This document shows, piece by piece, positions 40,301 to 53,044 of a DNA stretch of 64,000 nt. A program made the translations under genes and the position numbers. The DNA is from Mytilus trossulus (taxonomy: Eukaryota), in contig NC_086373.1 of NCBI RefSeq assembly GCF_036588685.1, positions 20,460,001 through 20,524,000 on the forward strand. The letters run 5' to 3'. Position 1 is the stretch's first letter, and each line of letters opens with the position of its first letter. The notes beneath the pieces were generated by a model. It did not search any database, was not told the DNA's origin, and worked only from the letters and a program-made list of their open reading frames with translations.

Positions 40301-41925
40301 ATGGGAACAAGTTAAAAAATATTTCTTGCATGGCCTCCGAACATCAATTTGTATCAAAAGAGAATGTGTGTCATTGTTTATGACATATGTAGGTTATAAT
40401 AAGTAAGTTTTAAATAAGTTTAAATTTCAAGTCAAAAGCTTTATTATTTTTATATATTCTATGGAATACCGGTACTTATATTTCTTCTGAACATTCATAT
40501 TGTATGCTTGTTGTTTCATTATTATTTCCTACCGATAATCTGTCTGGGAGCAGGATGGAAAGTACATTATCATTTTATCAAATATTTTCCGATTGATTGA
40601 TACCAATTCTTCTATCATCAGTCTTTGGTGATATCTTTTTGATTTGTTTTTGTCTCATCTTTTTCTTTCTTTTTTGTTTAGACTGGGAGCAATTTGGCGC
40701 TTGACATACAGTCATACACCTGTGTATGCCTGTTATTGCATTCTTTAATTTGTATAAAGCAATTTTCGTCCATAACAAGACCATAAATATACATTCAACT
40801 TACAAGCCATCGTTGGAATAATAATAGTAGCTACGGTAGTAACGACGATAATATCCTTCAACGTGAGAAACTGAAAATTGATAAAGATTACATTTTCATA
40901 AACGCAAGCAAATCAATTTTATGACAATTGAAACACGGTTTTGGTCAGTCTAGAATTCTACACAGAAACGAATTTTATCGCTATTTTGTGCATTTTTCCT
41001 TTGATCTTTTTTTGTGATAATTTTCATATCATGCTTCTCGCTTGATATGAAAAAAATATTGCTAGAAACTAAGGAGCCACGTGCGTTGCTAACGAAATTG
41101 ACATTGAAATTGACAACGTCGTCACAGGTAAAATAGCGATAAACAGATTATCATTGGTCATCTCAACTCGATTGCTTTTCTCACTTTCGCTGTACCAGCT
41201 CAAGCGAGAAAATCCATCTCGTTGAGATAATCAACGATAATCTATAAATATCGTAATAAAATTAACGGTACCAATTTTCTTGCACCAGATGCGCATTTCG
41301 ACAATACATGTCTCTTCAGTGATGCTCGTGGCCAATATATTTGAAATCCAAAGCTTATATAAAAAATATGTGCGAAAGAACACAATGTTGCATCCCTGTC
41401 TTAAATCAACACACCAGCCGAATAGCAATCATTTAGCTTTTCCCTTGCTTGGATAAACTTTTCTAATACATATATAATCATTGTAGTTAAGATGGGTGAA
41501 CGATTATTTTTTTATATACAGAATTTATTAGTTCGAATAGCACGCTTGGTATTCTTGCTATCAAAAACACAACTGTTGTTTTTCCATTTATCAGGTTAAA
41601 TTCAGGTATTTGATAAAAAAAAATGTTATTAAAAAGATATTAACAATTGTCTATTTTTCACGTATTTATTTGTTTTTCTGGTTATCCATTACTATGTCAC
41701 GGTACGTTGTTACAAAATATCAGTAATTTACTATTATAAAATTGATAGTATAAATAAAAGTAAACAAAATGTTGCCATTTATCGGTTAATTACAGAATTT
41801 TCGAGTTTTGAAAGCACTATGTTTACCAATTATTTCTAATGATGTACAGGTGTACATTAACTTTACTGACCTGAGTTTAAGATAAAGAGAATGACCATGA
41901 AACAAAGTTTTTCTTTAGTTTCCAT
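34358..41925 (-). CDS. Paralog E: CYYR1/Shisa-like single-pass membrane protein, 4 exons, ~166 aa
   Basis: Exons 41925-41871 (METKEKLCFMVILFILNS), 40870-40804 (VSHVEGYYRRYYRSYYYYSNDG), 37567-37392 (SIGAIVGIVIGGLFVIGITITFIVAMCGAFCFSKR...) and 34560-34358 (..FPPPPAYYES..TPSAP..NPF..*). GT-AG introns, phases 1-2-1, 501 nt in frame. Confidence 0.86.
35660..36654. mobile_element. Non-autonomous PIF/Harbinger-like DNA transposon (~1 kb)
   Basis: TIRs TGCGGGGTTCACACATT / AATGTGTGACCCCAGCT with TAA on both flanks (35657-35659 and 36655-36657). The interior is CpG-rich, unlike the flanks. Confidence 0.75.
38003..40059. repeat. Homogeneous 51/52-bp tandem satellite (~40 copies) in intron 2 of paralog E
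   Basis: Unit CTTGACAAAGTAAATACTACAAGATTAAAGTCTAGTTACTGGATGGAAAGT, with a 52-bp variant carrying GCGTGAC. No unique spacers. Confidence 0.97.
40121..40339. mobile_element. Palindromic MITE-like element with ~21-bp internal repeats
   Basis: GAGGCCATGCAAGAAATAGTTTTTAACTTGTTCCCA ... TGGGAACAAGTTAAAAAATATTTCTTGCATGGCCTC. Confidence 0.75.
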
Positions 41926-42859
41926 TTTGATAGAATTACATGAACAAGTTTTTTACGCAGCGATATATTTATATTCACTTATTAAAACAAAAGAAAGTGA
42001 CATTTGTATCGTAATTTTCGTTGTTGTTTGTTATAAGATAAAAGACTCAATCATGTGTATAAATACATAATTTGGCACATGTATAATTGCTTGTGCTTTC
42101 ATTACAGTTTTACGTTAACCGGGTGATCGACTGAGTCTCTCAATCATTATTAGAACATCTAGTATACATGGGTGTTTTTTAATTGAACAACAGTAAAAAA
42201 AAAAAAAAAAAAAGAAAGTTTACAATCATTTTCAGCGTGGACATGAACATTTCTTGGCGCGTTCAGGTTATCAATTGACTGGGTCAGTTTAGATGACCGT
42301 CCTTCTGTAACGCCCAGTTGTCATATCTTTCATGTTGTAGTGTTTACTATAGACATTTAAAATGTGGGGTCGCCAAAGGTTATAAACGCGTAAATCAACT
42401 AATATGAATAACTAGCAAAGGACTATTATTACCTGCTCCGTAAGAGGTGGTGCACATCTCATATGTTTAACGCGAACATTCTTTAAGGTTTGATATGTTT
42501 TCAGTGTTATCGTTCATCAAGACCTTGTTTACCGAATAATTATATAACTATATATATTCTAAAACATAATGGTCATGTCAAGAATTTTCATGGCAATGTT
42601 CTAGAGAAATTTTTTATCAGGCACTTGAAACATGAAACATGAAACATGAAAACTTAATTAAACGCCTATTTCTACATATACAATATGTATTCAATGGCGT
42701 TGTACATAAATGACATATAAAATACAAAAATACTAAACAAAAATACAATATGTATGTAGGCACTTGTTAAAATGTAACAAACAGATCATTATTGTATATA
42801 TTTATATAATTTGTTTATCACGCTAAGAAAAATCGGTATGATAGCTTACTTGTATATAA

Positions 42860-43020
42860 CTGGGGTTCGTGTTGCTTAATCTTTAGTTTTCTATGGTGTG
42901 TCATGTGTACTATTGTTTTTCTGTTTGTCTTTTTCCTTTTTATCCATGGGCATTAGCGTTGTAACTTTCTTTTCGATTTATGAGTTTGACTGTCTCTCTG
43001 GTATCTTTCGTCCCTCTTTT
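42860..43020. repeat. Dispersed repeat family 3 (representative copy)
   Basis: CTTTAGTTTTCTATG..GATTTATGAGTTTGACTGTC..TGGTATCTTTCGTCCCTCTT recurs at ~8540, ~29330 and ~47300, and inverted at ~44890 and ~61500. Confidence 0.75.
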
Positions 43021-46000
43021 TTTTAAAGGTTCTGGCTATGTAATCGGTATTCATTTTTCCGAGGACCTAAAATCATAATATTGATCTATCCTATATTTAA
43101 CTTGACATAACAACGGTTATCGAAAGTGTCAGTTCTTTTTGATATATCTCATTTCATTAGTTAATGAACCAATCACACTTTTTTGCTCTTTCTATGATGT
43201 TTATTAAACAGATAACATGTTTATCCTATACTTTAGGTCAGCTCTAGGATTTCAAACATTTTGGCCTCGACTATCACTGAAGAGACAGTAATTGTCGAAA
43301 TGTGCATCAGGTGTAGCGAAACTAGTACCGTTAGAATAATTGCATCACTGAAACAGTTTTAGAACATAGAAGATCGAGTATAGAAGCCTACATTGTACTT
43401 TTTACATTTATGTTTTGTCCATTTGAGAAAGGTTGTGAAATTTTTATTTTGCTTTACTTGTTTTTTTAACTTACATCAAAAACACTTTCTCTGCTTTTAA
43501 CAAGGTTATTAGCCTTAATCAAAAAATATTTGTGCTATTTACTAAATCCTAGAATTTTATGCAAAACATGAAGGTAAATATTTAACTATAATAGTGCTTG
43601 ATTTACTTTAACTTTCTTAACATAGCAAGCTCTAATATCAGCTCTCTCTTGCATGCTCGCTTTATTTTCTTCAAAGTTTCAAATTTATTTAATTTTAAAA
43701 GCTGAATTTGTATTTAACAGCTATCTACAGTAAACAATGAATTCTGAAATAGGCACAACATTACGTAGGGGTAGTACAGAATTTCAATAGTTTAAACGTT
43801 CAAAAGTTAGGGGAATATTAAAGTTGAAAATATGCAGCACAGTCCTATGTTTTGACCTTTGAAAAACACTGTAGTGCATATCAACTTGCCATTCTAGAAT
43901 GTAATTTTTTACGAAACCTCATAGGAAAATTGGAACAGTTTTATACGCAAAAGGTGTTTCTTTGGGAAACAAATTAGAAATGACGTGTTTTGGTCATGAA
44001 ACTCTCTAGTAATCATCTCAGAAAAATTGCCTTATTTCTCTCTTGTTTTGTGTTTTTGAGGGGGGGGGGGGTCGTGGTGCTCAGTCTTTGGTTTCCTTTG
44101 TTGTATTTTGTAATCTGGTGTGGTGAGTTTAAAACCCGCTGTATTTGTTCGCATCTGTCCTAAGTCAGGAACCTGTTGTTCAGTGGCTGTCGTTTGTTGA
44201 TGTGTTTCTCGTTTATATAAACAAGTAGATGGGGTATGATTGCCAATGAGACAACCGTCCACAAGAGACCAAAATGACACAGAAATTAACAACTATAGGT
44301 CACCGTACGGTCTTCAACAATGAGCAAATCCCATACCGCATAGTCAGCTATAAAAGGCCCCGAAATGACAATGTAAAACAACTCAAACGAGAAAACTCCT
44401 TTTTATATATATTTGTTTTTTCCTGGTTGATGCTCCTAGTTTTCGGTTTTTTATATAGATTGGTATTCCTGGATGAGTTTTTATACAATAGTCATTTTGT
44501 GGCCCTTTATACCTTGCTGTTAGATGTAAGTCAAGGCTCAGTGTTGAAGATCGTATTTTGATCTATACTGTAGATTCATTATTATTCGTTGGATACCAAT
44601 TTTCGAGGCTTTCGTGGGAACAAGTAATCTATGTATGCAGATTAGTAAAACCACGAAAATGCAAGTTTTACTCAATCCACGAAAAGTGATACACACGAAA
44701 ATAAATGAATCCTCAGTAGTTGATTACTTATAACACATTATGGCTTGGATTAAGAAATATCTCATTGGCACTTATAACACATCTTATTACCACTTACATG
44801 TTCCTTTTTGTACTTTTCGCTTCTCTTTTAGAAAATATACGAACTTTGTGTATAAGGTATTTTGATACAGGTCGGCATTAAAAAGTTCAAAAGAGGCACA
44901 AAAGATACCAAATGAACATCCAAACTCATAAATCGAAAAAAAAGTCATGGTTAAAAAAAATGACAAACAGGCAAATAGACACACAATTGTACACACAACA
45001 CAACATACAAACTAAAGACTAAGCAACACGTACCCCACCAAAAACTTGAGTTGGTCTGATGTAATCTGAAAGTAGAGTTGCTCTTCATTTGGCACCCGTT
45101 GTTTTGTTCATGTTAATACAAACCCGGTAAAACATTCGTGATAAAGGGATGACATTGGTAACATATTCGCTACCATTCGTTTGAGAAAATGGATACTCAA
45201 AAACAGTAACCAATTCATGATGCCGTCCGGAACATTTACGAAGGGATGATTTCATCTTCACCATTTGAAACTTATGGTTCAATAAATTTCTTATGAGCAG
45301 CAATCACTACAATGAGGTTACTGTGCGTATGTGAACGACACACCTCTGCACATCATATAATGTATATGAAAAAACACAATCTGCTGAGACTAAAATTACA
45401 TTTTTTGTATTCTCTATAAAAATCTAAAGGTTCTTTGGAAAATAAGATAACTTTTGTATGACATGAATTATATAATTTAATGTTAACATTAATGAAACGT
45501 AGGCATGGTACGTACCCAAAATGCACCGAATTAGCAAAATAGCAGCGTATGTGTTACAAATTCTCTTAGAGAATTAACAAATTGTAATTTTATTATTTGA
45601 TATTATATATAAAAACAAATGTTCTGTGTATTATGTCAGTATTAAAATATCATAGTAATGGAATTAACAATGATAACTTTTATCTCGTATCATAAACTTG
45701 AAATCACAGGGTTAATAAGAGTTTCAAATAAAGGCAACAGTAGTATACCGCTGTTCAAAACTCATAAATCCATTGACAAAAAAAAAACAAAATCGGGGTA
45801 ACAAACTCAAACCGAGGGAAACGCATTAAATATAAGAGGAGAACAACGACACATCACCGAAAAGCAACACACACAGAAACGGACCAAGCAACAGACAAAA
45901 CACCACGAGAATAACAAATATAACATCCAAACCAAATACGTGAATTTGGGATAGACAAGTACGTACCGTGCCACGTCTTATCTCAATATCTCAAAAATAA

Positions 46001-46509
46001 GAGAAAACACAAACGACTGAACGTTAAAATGCAACACACACAGAAACAAACAATATTATAACAATGGCCATCTTCCTGACTTGGTACAGGACACTTTTAA
46101 AGGGGAAAAAAAGTGGTGGGTTGAACCTGGTTTTATGGCATGCCAAACCTCGCACTTTAATGGCAAAGTTAAATAAAACATTGAAATGACAACATAATAT
46201 TACAGGACTACAATACAAATAAATAGGAGAACGCATTAGATAAAGAAAAACATGATGAATAGATAACAAAAGACATCAGGTTTAACTGTCAAAACTGTCA
46301 ATGCCTTTCAGAACGTTGAATTTCTTTTATCAATAAATCAATCCATTATTTTATTGGAAGGGACTGGATTTTGGCTATAATAGTACGCTGTAAGGTTTAT
46401 AAAAGGTAAATTATATTCAGGTGATTTTCAATAAATGTATTTCAAGTCTTACAAAAAAACAAAAAAACAAAAAATCCACCAGCAGTGGTATCGACCCCGT
46501 GGTTGTAAA

Positions 46510-46740
46510 TAAACTCAACATAGACACCAGGATTAAATTTTGTATTTACATCAGACGCGCGTTTTGTCTACAAAGGACTCATCACTGACGCTCGAATAAA
46601 AAAAGTTAGAATACACAAATACAGTGCGAAGACGAAGAGCATTGAGGACCAAAAATTCCGAAAAGTTTTGCCAAATACATCCATGGTAATCTATTCCCGA
46701 GGTTGAAAAGCATTAGTAATTCAAAAATTCAAACTTTTAT
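46510..46740 (+). repeat. Dispersed repeat family 2 (representative copy)
   Basis: ATAAACTCA..CCAGGA..AGACGCGCGTTT..GACTCATCAGTGACGCTCGAAT recurs at ~1360-1523(-) and ~50414-50545, the latter in the TLR 3' region. Confidence 0.8.
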
Positions 46741-48200
46741 AAACAGTCCAAAGATCAGTTCAGTTTTACATTTATGAACCTATTGTTTTTTAGTTTCGTT
46801 ATAATAAGCAATCATTCATCAGACCTATTTACTAAGTGACGTTGATTTATAAGTGTGGATCCAATGCAAAGTATCAACACTGATTCCCATATAAGGCTTT
46901 AAAATGTCTGATATGAAACAAAACTTAATAGGCATTGTTAATAAAATCTGTATCAGTATTTTCTAAAAGTGGATTTTTTTTTAATTTTGATATTTCCTCT
47001 TTTAAACTATTCATCAAAGAAGTACGAGGAAATCGATACTAGAATTTTCATTTCGTCAGAGGATGGAAACCCGTATTGTTCATTATTCAATTCAATTAAC
47101 AGACATATTATGTAGACGTTTTGACACAATTTATTGAAACAATGTACCAATCGGAGAAATAGCAATCATGAAGTATAATGTAATACAAAAAATAAAGAAG
47201 ATAAAGTACATTTCATAGAGCAACAAGACGGGTTCCCGCACATGTGAAGCGGGATCTGCTTACCCTTCCAGACCACCTGAGATCACTCCCAGAATGTTGT
47301 GGAGTTCATGTTGCTTTGTCTTTAGTTTTCTATGGTGTCTTGTGTACTATTATTTGTCTGTTGTTTGTTTTTCTTTTTAAGCCATGGCGTTGTCAGTTTA
47401 TTTTTAAATTTATGAGTTTGAGTTTCCCTCTGGTATCTTTCGTCCCTCTTCCATAGAACACATCGAAGGAATCTTCACTTAATTTATTATGAAGAGTCTT
47501 GCAATGTGACTGGTTTCTTATCAGATATAATTAAACCCCATCCAAGCTAAACTAGTTACATGTCAGGATGAAAAAGGAATTTGTAATAGCACGTAGGAAT
47601 TAATTTGAATCATTAATATTGGTTTTCATTTTTATTGAAAAAACAAATTGTAAACAAAATAGTACTTTTATTTTGGTTGCTGTTTTTGCTTGCATAGTGA
47701 TGGAGAATTGAAAATTTGTGCGTAAGTTGCGCGTTTCTAGATTTATCGTCATACTCAAACACAAAAGTATAAATGCCAAAACTTAAGGACCTATACAGCC
47801 AAAAGATACATAATAAAAATAGCCATGGATTTCTACTTTCAACCAATTGGCCAATTAAGGTTATATAACAGAACGTTATTTTCCAAATTGATACAGAAAC
47901 GTATCCGCCTTGGATGCCTAAACAAGGAAGTATTTTGGGTAAATATATCATTAATTAACTTTTTATCATTTTCCAACTATAAATAAAAGTGTAACACATT
48001 TTGCGCAATTATAATTTGATTCATTTTTCAAATCTTATTTATATTTCACCTGTTAATAGAGTTTATTTTTTATGGATTTATATCTCTTAAAATTTTCTGC
48101 AACGATTTTGTCCAATCATTTTCGATCTTTATATAGTTGATATCATTTCGCGGCCGAATAAACATATACTTTTATATACATTTTTGCAGGTACCACAACA

Positions 48201-50303
48201 ATGCAGATAATATATCAAGTTTTATCACTCCTGGGATTTACCATCAGCTCAGTGGTATGCGCAAACAAGATGAAATTACCTTGTCAAGAAGAAGCACGCT
48301 GTAACTGCTGGAGAGTTAATAGAGAGAAGTTAAATGTGGATTGCTCGTATAGTAATATGTCGACAATTCCAGTACTGCAGTACGATGTAACTTTTCTCAA
48401 TCTTCAGTTCAATTCTATAGAAGTTCTTCCTAGCGGGATGCTAGGAAATCTTTCACAGTTGTCTACATTAGATATTTCGTATAACAAGCTATTACGGATT
48501 GAACCAGGTGCTTTTGACGGTCTCCGTCATTTAAGGAAATTAATTCTTCAAAACAATGCTTTGAAATACAATACTGTTTCGTTTCCATTAGGCATTTTTA
48601 AACCGTTGGTATCACTCGACTACATGAACATCAAATTCAATGACCCTTCAAATAGTGAAAACTTTCCAGGTAGTGTCCTTTCAGACCTTATAAAGCTTAC
48701 TGATCTCGAGCTTGACGTATTTGAATCACAAGATTATATGGTGTTTCCTGAAGTCTATATGTCCTTCAAAAGACTGCAGAGACTGGTGATTGGCAATTGT
48801 ACTATAAACACTATGAACAATACATTCTCTTATTTACCGTATCTTCAGTATATAGATATTTCTTCGTGCAATATCAGCAATTATCAAGAAGGGACATTGA
48901 ACAAGAGGAATCTGACTTATTTAAGTATGCCAGGCAAGGGATGGGAATATCTCAAATATGATCAAAATGTTGTTCGTGATTTAAACACAACAAAGTTGAC
49001 CATTTTAGTAATGAAACACAGTACGTTTTCATTAGAGTCTGCATTTCATTACAAATATTTGATTCATTCAGGTTTAAGAGAGTTGTACATACACAATAAC
49101 AACCTAAATCAAATAATAAATGAAGGTGAACCAGTAGAATTCTCTCTCCCTTCTACACTTGAGATTTTAGATCTTTCAAACAACAAATTAAGACAATTTT
49201 GTATCAATCTCCGAAACGTTACTGTTCTTAGTCTATGCAACAATTTGATTGGTCCATTCTTAGAGCAGGATCTGTGCATACAAAATGAAGCTAGTAACCT
49301 AAGAAGAATAGATTTATCTTTTAACAGAATTGAACATTTTAGTTTCTCTATATTTCAGCAACAAGCAAATTTAAAGTTTATCAATCTGAGCTACAACAAC
49401 ATAATACATATTTCATTTGACGTTTCTTACATAAATTATTCTTCAATCTTGGATTTGTCCAGCATTAACATAAGTTTTTTCGATCCGTCTACTATGAGCA
49501 ATTTCAGTTTTATGATGCACAGTTTCGGGTTAAAACTGAATTTATCAGACAATACGTTTGAATGCAATTGTGAAGGAATTTTGTTTTTGGTATGGATGTA
49601 TGATAATTCTAATCACCTGGTGAATAGTGAAAATTATGAATGTAAATTTGAAGATGGCTCCGTCATGAAATTCTTACATTTAAGAGATATAATTTATAAT
49701 TTGCAAATAAACTGCTTATCATACGATCTTCTTGCCGCCTCTCTTTCTATCATTATTCTATTAACTTTTGTTATTCAAGGAGCAAGACTCGTGTTCAAAT
49801 ACCGTTGGAGATTGCTTTATATGTATTACAGAAAAAGGAGAACACTCGGTAATGGGCAATCGGTAGAAAAATTCACGTTCAATGCGTTTATTGCATATTC
49901 AGAAAATGATAGGGATTTTGTTCTGAATGACTGTATTCAAAACCTTGAGAGTGATGGGGAGTTGAAACTGTGCATTCATGATCGTGATTTTCTACCAGGC
50001 GAGGAAATAACTTCAAATATTACAAACGCGATTCGCGAGAGTAAAAATACCATTTGTATTATTAGTAAATCATTTTTCCAGTCCTACTATTGTATGTTCC
50101 AGTACAACATGGCATTAATGGAAGGAATTTATGAAAGAGAAGAAGATAACGTTCTGATTTTAGTTTTCTACGAACAAATTATGCCTCGAGATTTACCATT
50201 AGTCATACAAGAGCAAATACGACAAAGGTCTTATATTTTGTATCGCAATGATGGAAGAGGAAACGTAGATTTCTGGAAAAGATTAAGAGAAGCTATACTG
50301 TGA
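48201..50303 (+). CDS. TLR: Toll-like receptor, single-cysteine-cluster type, 700 aa, single coding exon
   Basis: Signal peptide; LRR-NT (CQEEARCNC..VDCS); multiple LxxLxLxxNxL repeats; LRR-CT (NTFECNCEG..YECKF); TM (LLAASLSIIILLTFVI); TIR domain (FNAFIAYS, LCIHDRDFLPG BB-loop, C-terminal FW). A splice acceptor TTTTTGCAG ending at 48189 implies a 5'-UTR intron. Confidence 0.96.
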   Translation: MQIIYQVLSLLGFTISSVVCANKMKLPCQEEARCNCWRVNREKLNVDCSYSNMSTIPVLQYDVTFLNLQFNSIEVLPSGMLGNLSQLSTLDISYNKLLRIEPGAFDGLRHLRKLILQNNALKYNTVSFPLGIFKPLVSLDYMNIKFNDPSNSENFPGSVLSDLIKLTDLELDVFESQDYMVFPEVYMSFKRLQRLVIGNCTINTMNNTFSYLPYLQYIDISSCNISNYQEGTLNKRNLTYLSMPGKGWEYLKYDQNVVRDLNTTKLTILVMKHSTFSLESAFHYKYLIHSGLRELYIHNNNLNQIINEGEPVEFSLPSTLEILDLSNNKLRQFCINLRNVTVLSLCNNLIGPFLEQDLCIQNEASNLRRIDLSFNRIEHFSFSIFQQQANLKFINLSYNNIIHISFDVSYINYSSILDLSSINISFFDPSTMSNFSFMMHSFGLKLNLSDNTFECNCEGILFLVWMYDNSNHLVNSENYECKFEDGSVMKFLHLRDIIYNLQINCLSYDLLAASLSIIILLTFVIQGARLVFKYRWRLLYMYYRKRRTLGNGQSVEKFTFNAFIAYSENDRDFVLNDCIQNLESDGELKLCIHDRDFLPGEEITSNITNAIRESKNTICIISKSFFQSYYCMFQYNMALMEGIYEREEDNVLILVFYEQIMPRDLPLVIQEQIRQRSYILYRNDGRGNVDFWKRLREAIL

Positions 50304-53044
50304 TGCAAAACAACAGGACATTTTATATGGAACTTATGGGGAAATTAAAACTAATTTGTTGGTAGGGAAAGTTAACTTTTGGCAAACATGCCATTGAGAC
50401 TAAGATGTGATAAATAAACTCATTAAAGATACCAGGACTAAATTTGGTATATACGCCAGACGCGCGTCGTCTACAAAAGACTCATCAGTGACGCTCGAAT
50501 CCAAAAAAGTTAAAAACGCCAAATAAAGTACGAAGTTGAAGAGCAAACATCTGCTTTAAGTTAAATGTGGTTTCTTTTTCTTTACACCCCAGTTCTATTG
50601 ATATATTTCAAAGTTTCTATTTAAGACACCAGTGTAAATTGAATAATTATATTGTTACGTTAATTGCAGATACAAATATAGATATCTATGAAGATATCGA
50701 ATTATATACCATACCGATTTAAGAAATAAATTTAAAATGTAGTTCGTTTATTTTATCATTCACTAATGTTTCAATGCCATTCAACAGTTCTAACTTCCTG
50801 GTCCTGCTAATTTATAATCTTATTTGCGAACACCGGGTCTAACTTTCAAAACAAATTTGATCAATTACCATATGAAACATCGTATATATTTCAAATGTTT
50901 TCATTGACGTTTAACCACTGATGAGGATATGTAGACGTTTCAAATTATAAGACTGGTGTCTTTAGTGAGTTTGAATCAGCGTAGAAAAAAACTTAAACAA
51001 AGTCGTGAATAGGATAAACACAATAAAATAGCAAATGAAGAATTCCGATATAAACAATCACGTCCACTAATGAGATATTGGCACTGACACATTGGCTTCT
51101 AGTAGACTTGGTATTAGTTTTAGGATAACGCAAAGCTCTTCAATTATATTCTTATTCTTGATAAGGTTAAAACCATTAAAGCACCTCCGACGCATGAAAA
51201 TTATAAACTCTTGTTAACATAATATAAATATAAACTCTTGTTAACATAATATTAATATAAACTCTTGTTCACATAATATAAATATAAACTCTTGTTAACA
51301 TCATTTTTTCTATGGAAACATGTCAAGTATTCAATATTGCTAAATAATATGCATGTGTTTGAATTGAGTTTTTTGTTTTGTGTTTCTTTAGTTTTGTTGT
51401 TTTGTTGTTTTTATGATGTCTTAAGGATAGTCATATATACTTGAAGTTGTTTGTTTCCAAACTCCATCAGTTTTCATTTATAAATGTACATATGCTTAAT
51501 CAAAGTCACATTGGTATGTTAACTCATGTGAAGCATTGATTCTTAACAATGTAAATAAAAGAAAGTTTACAATAGAAATTGCAACACTTTATAAATCTGC
51601 TTTTGGTGTTCATGTGAACAATTTCAAAATCAAAAAAGAACTCGCTAGTCATTTGATTTTTATTGACTTTAAAGCAAACAAATAGCATGATATACTTTTA
51701 AAACAATGAATTGTTGATAATATTTATCTTAATTTATAAAATATATGTACATGTTATACTCCTTTATAAAAATTAACAAAATTAATAGACTCTCTGCACA
51801 ATTTTTATGTTATTTTCTAAGATCAATTGTTAGCTTCTGTAAAAAGTACCCATTCTAGTTAAACCCTGGGTTTCATGTGCATACAAATAATAAGGTTGGT
51901 CACATCAGTAGAAGGGTACAAATTAGGATCTTGATTATATTCAAATTAGAATGCACTAAGTATAATGTCAGTAAAACATGTAAATAAATAAACAACCTTA
52001 AAACAACGCTAATTTATGGTCAAACCCTCATAAAATAGTACCTGCATAGCAGGTTTTGTATTTATAAACAGATAAAAGTAACCGCCAGCAGTCACGTGAT
52101 GATGAAGATGGGGATGAGGATGAAAATGTGGGTGGAGATCTAATTTGTCTTCTCTCATCATATAATAACAAGAGAACTATTCGTGTCACTACATACCAAT
52201 GAATTGATATTTATGATAAAAATCTTAATGCAAAAAGCACGATTCTAATATATCATTACTCAGCACCAATATAAACACAACTTGATCAATGTTTATGGTA
52301 AAACAGGTTCGACAACTTGATCAATGTTTATAGTAAAACAGGTTCGACAAACCATGGCCTTATGGGAACGACTATTTAACTTCAAGGAAAATTAGGGGGA
52401 AGTGGGAGGGTGTCCCATACCTTACGGTGATAAATCAAAATCTTCTGACAAAACAAAATAACCCCCTCGAAGTTAAATGGTAGCTCCCATAACAAACTGT
52501 AGGTGTGGTTTGCATTGAGTTTATTGAACTTAAGATTAAACGCTGCCTTCGACGTGGGTTTTCTGAATTCATGGTGGAATCGATCTTCATTGGTTTTATT
52601 TTCAATAGTTCATCACATTTAATTTTTTCAATAAAAAACATTTAAAATAAAAAAGCAGAGTTAAAAAAGCCCCAAAAGGACAAAATAATCAGTGTGACGG
52701 CGTCATGTAAATAAAATGGAAATTCTTAAATCAATCACATAACATTTCTTCACAAAATTCTATAGTTCACTTATTCAAATCTATTTGGAATTAATTTATA
52801 TAAAAATTAATACACTAAAGACGAATTTCCACTTTTGATGCTTAAAATGATTGTCAAATATATCACATTCGTGTAAAAATAATAAAATGAAGCTGATTTA
52901 GTTTCCAATCAAATGCATTAACTTTTGATTGAGGCATATATATATATATATATATATATAAATACAGGGTAAATTCAAGGTTTGTGTTGCTCTGTCCACC
53001 ATATATCATGACCTTATTTCACTGTATAGCGGAGCAGGTAATCA

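Noticed and set aside
52085-52142. Purine-rich GATGA tract that could encode an acidic, His-rich or Ser-rich peptide
   Set aside because: Low-complexity sequence with no convincing splice sites or partner exons.
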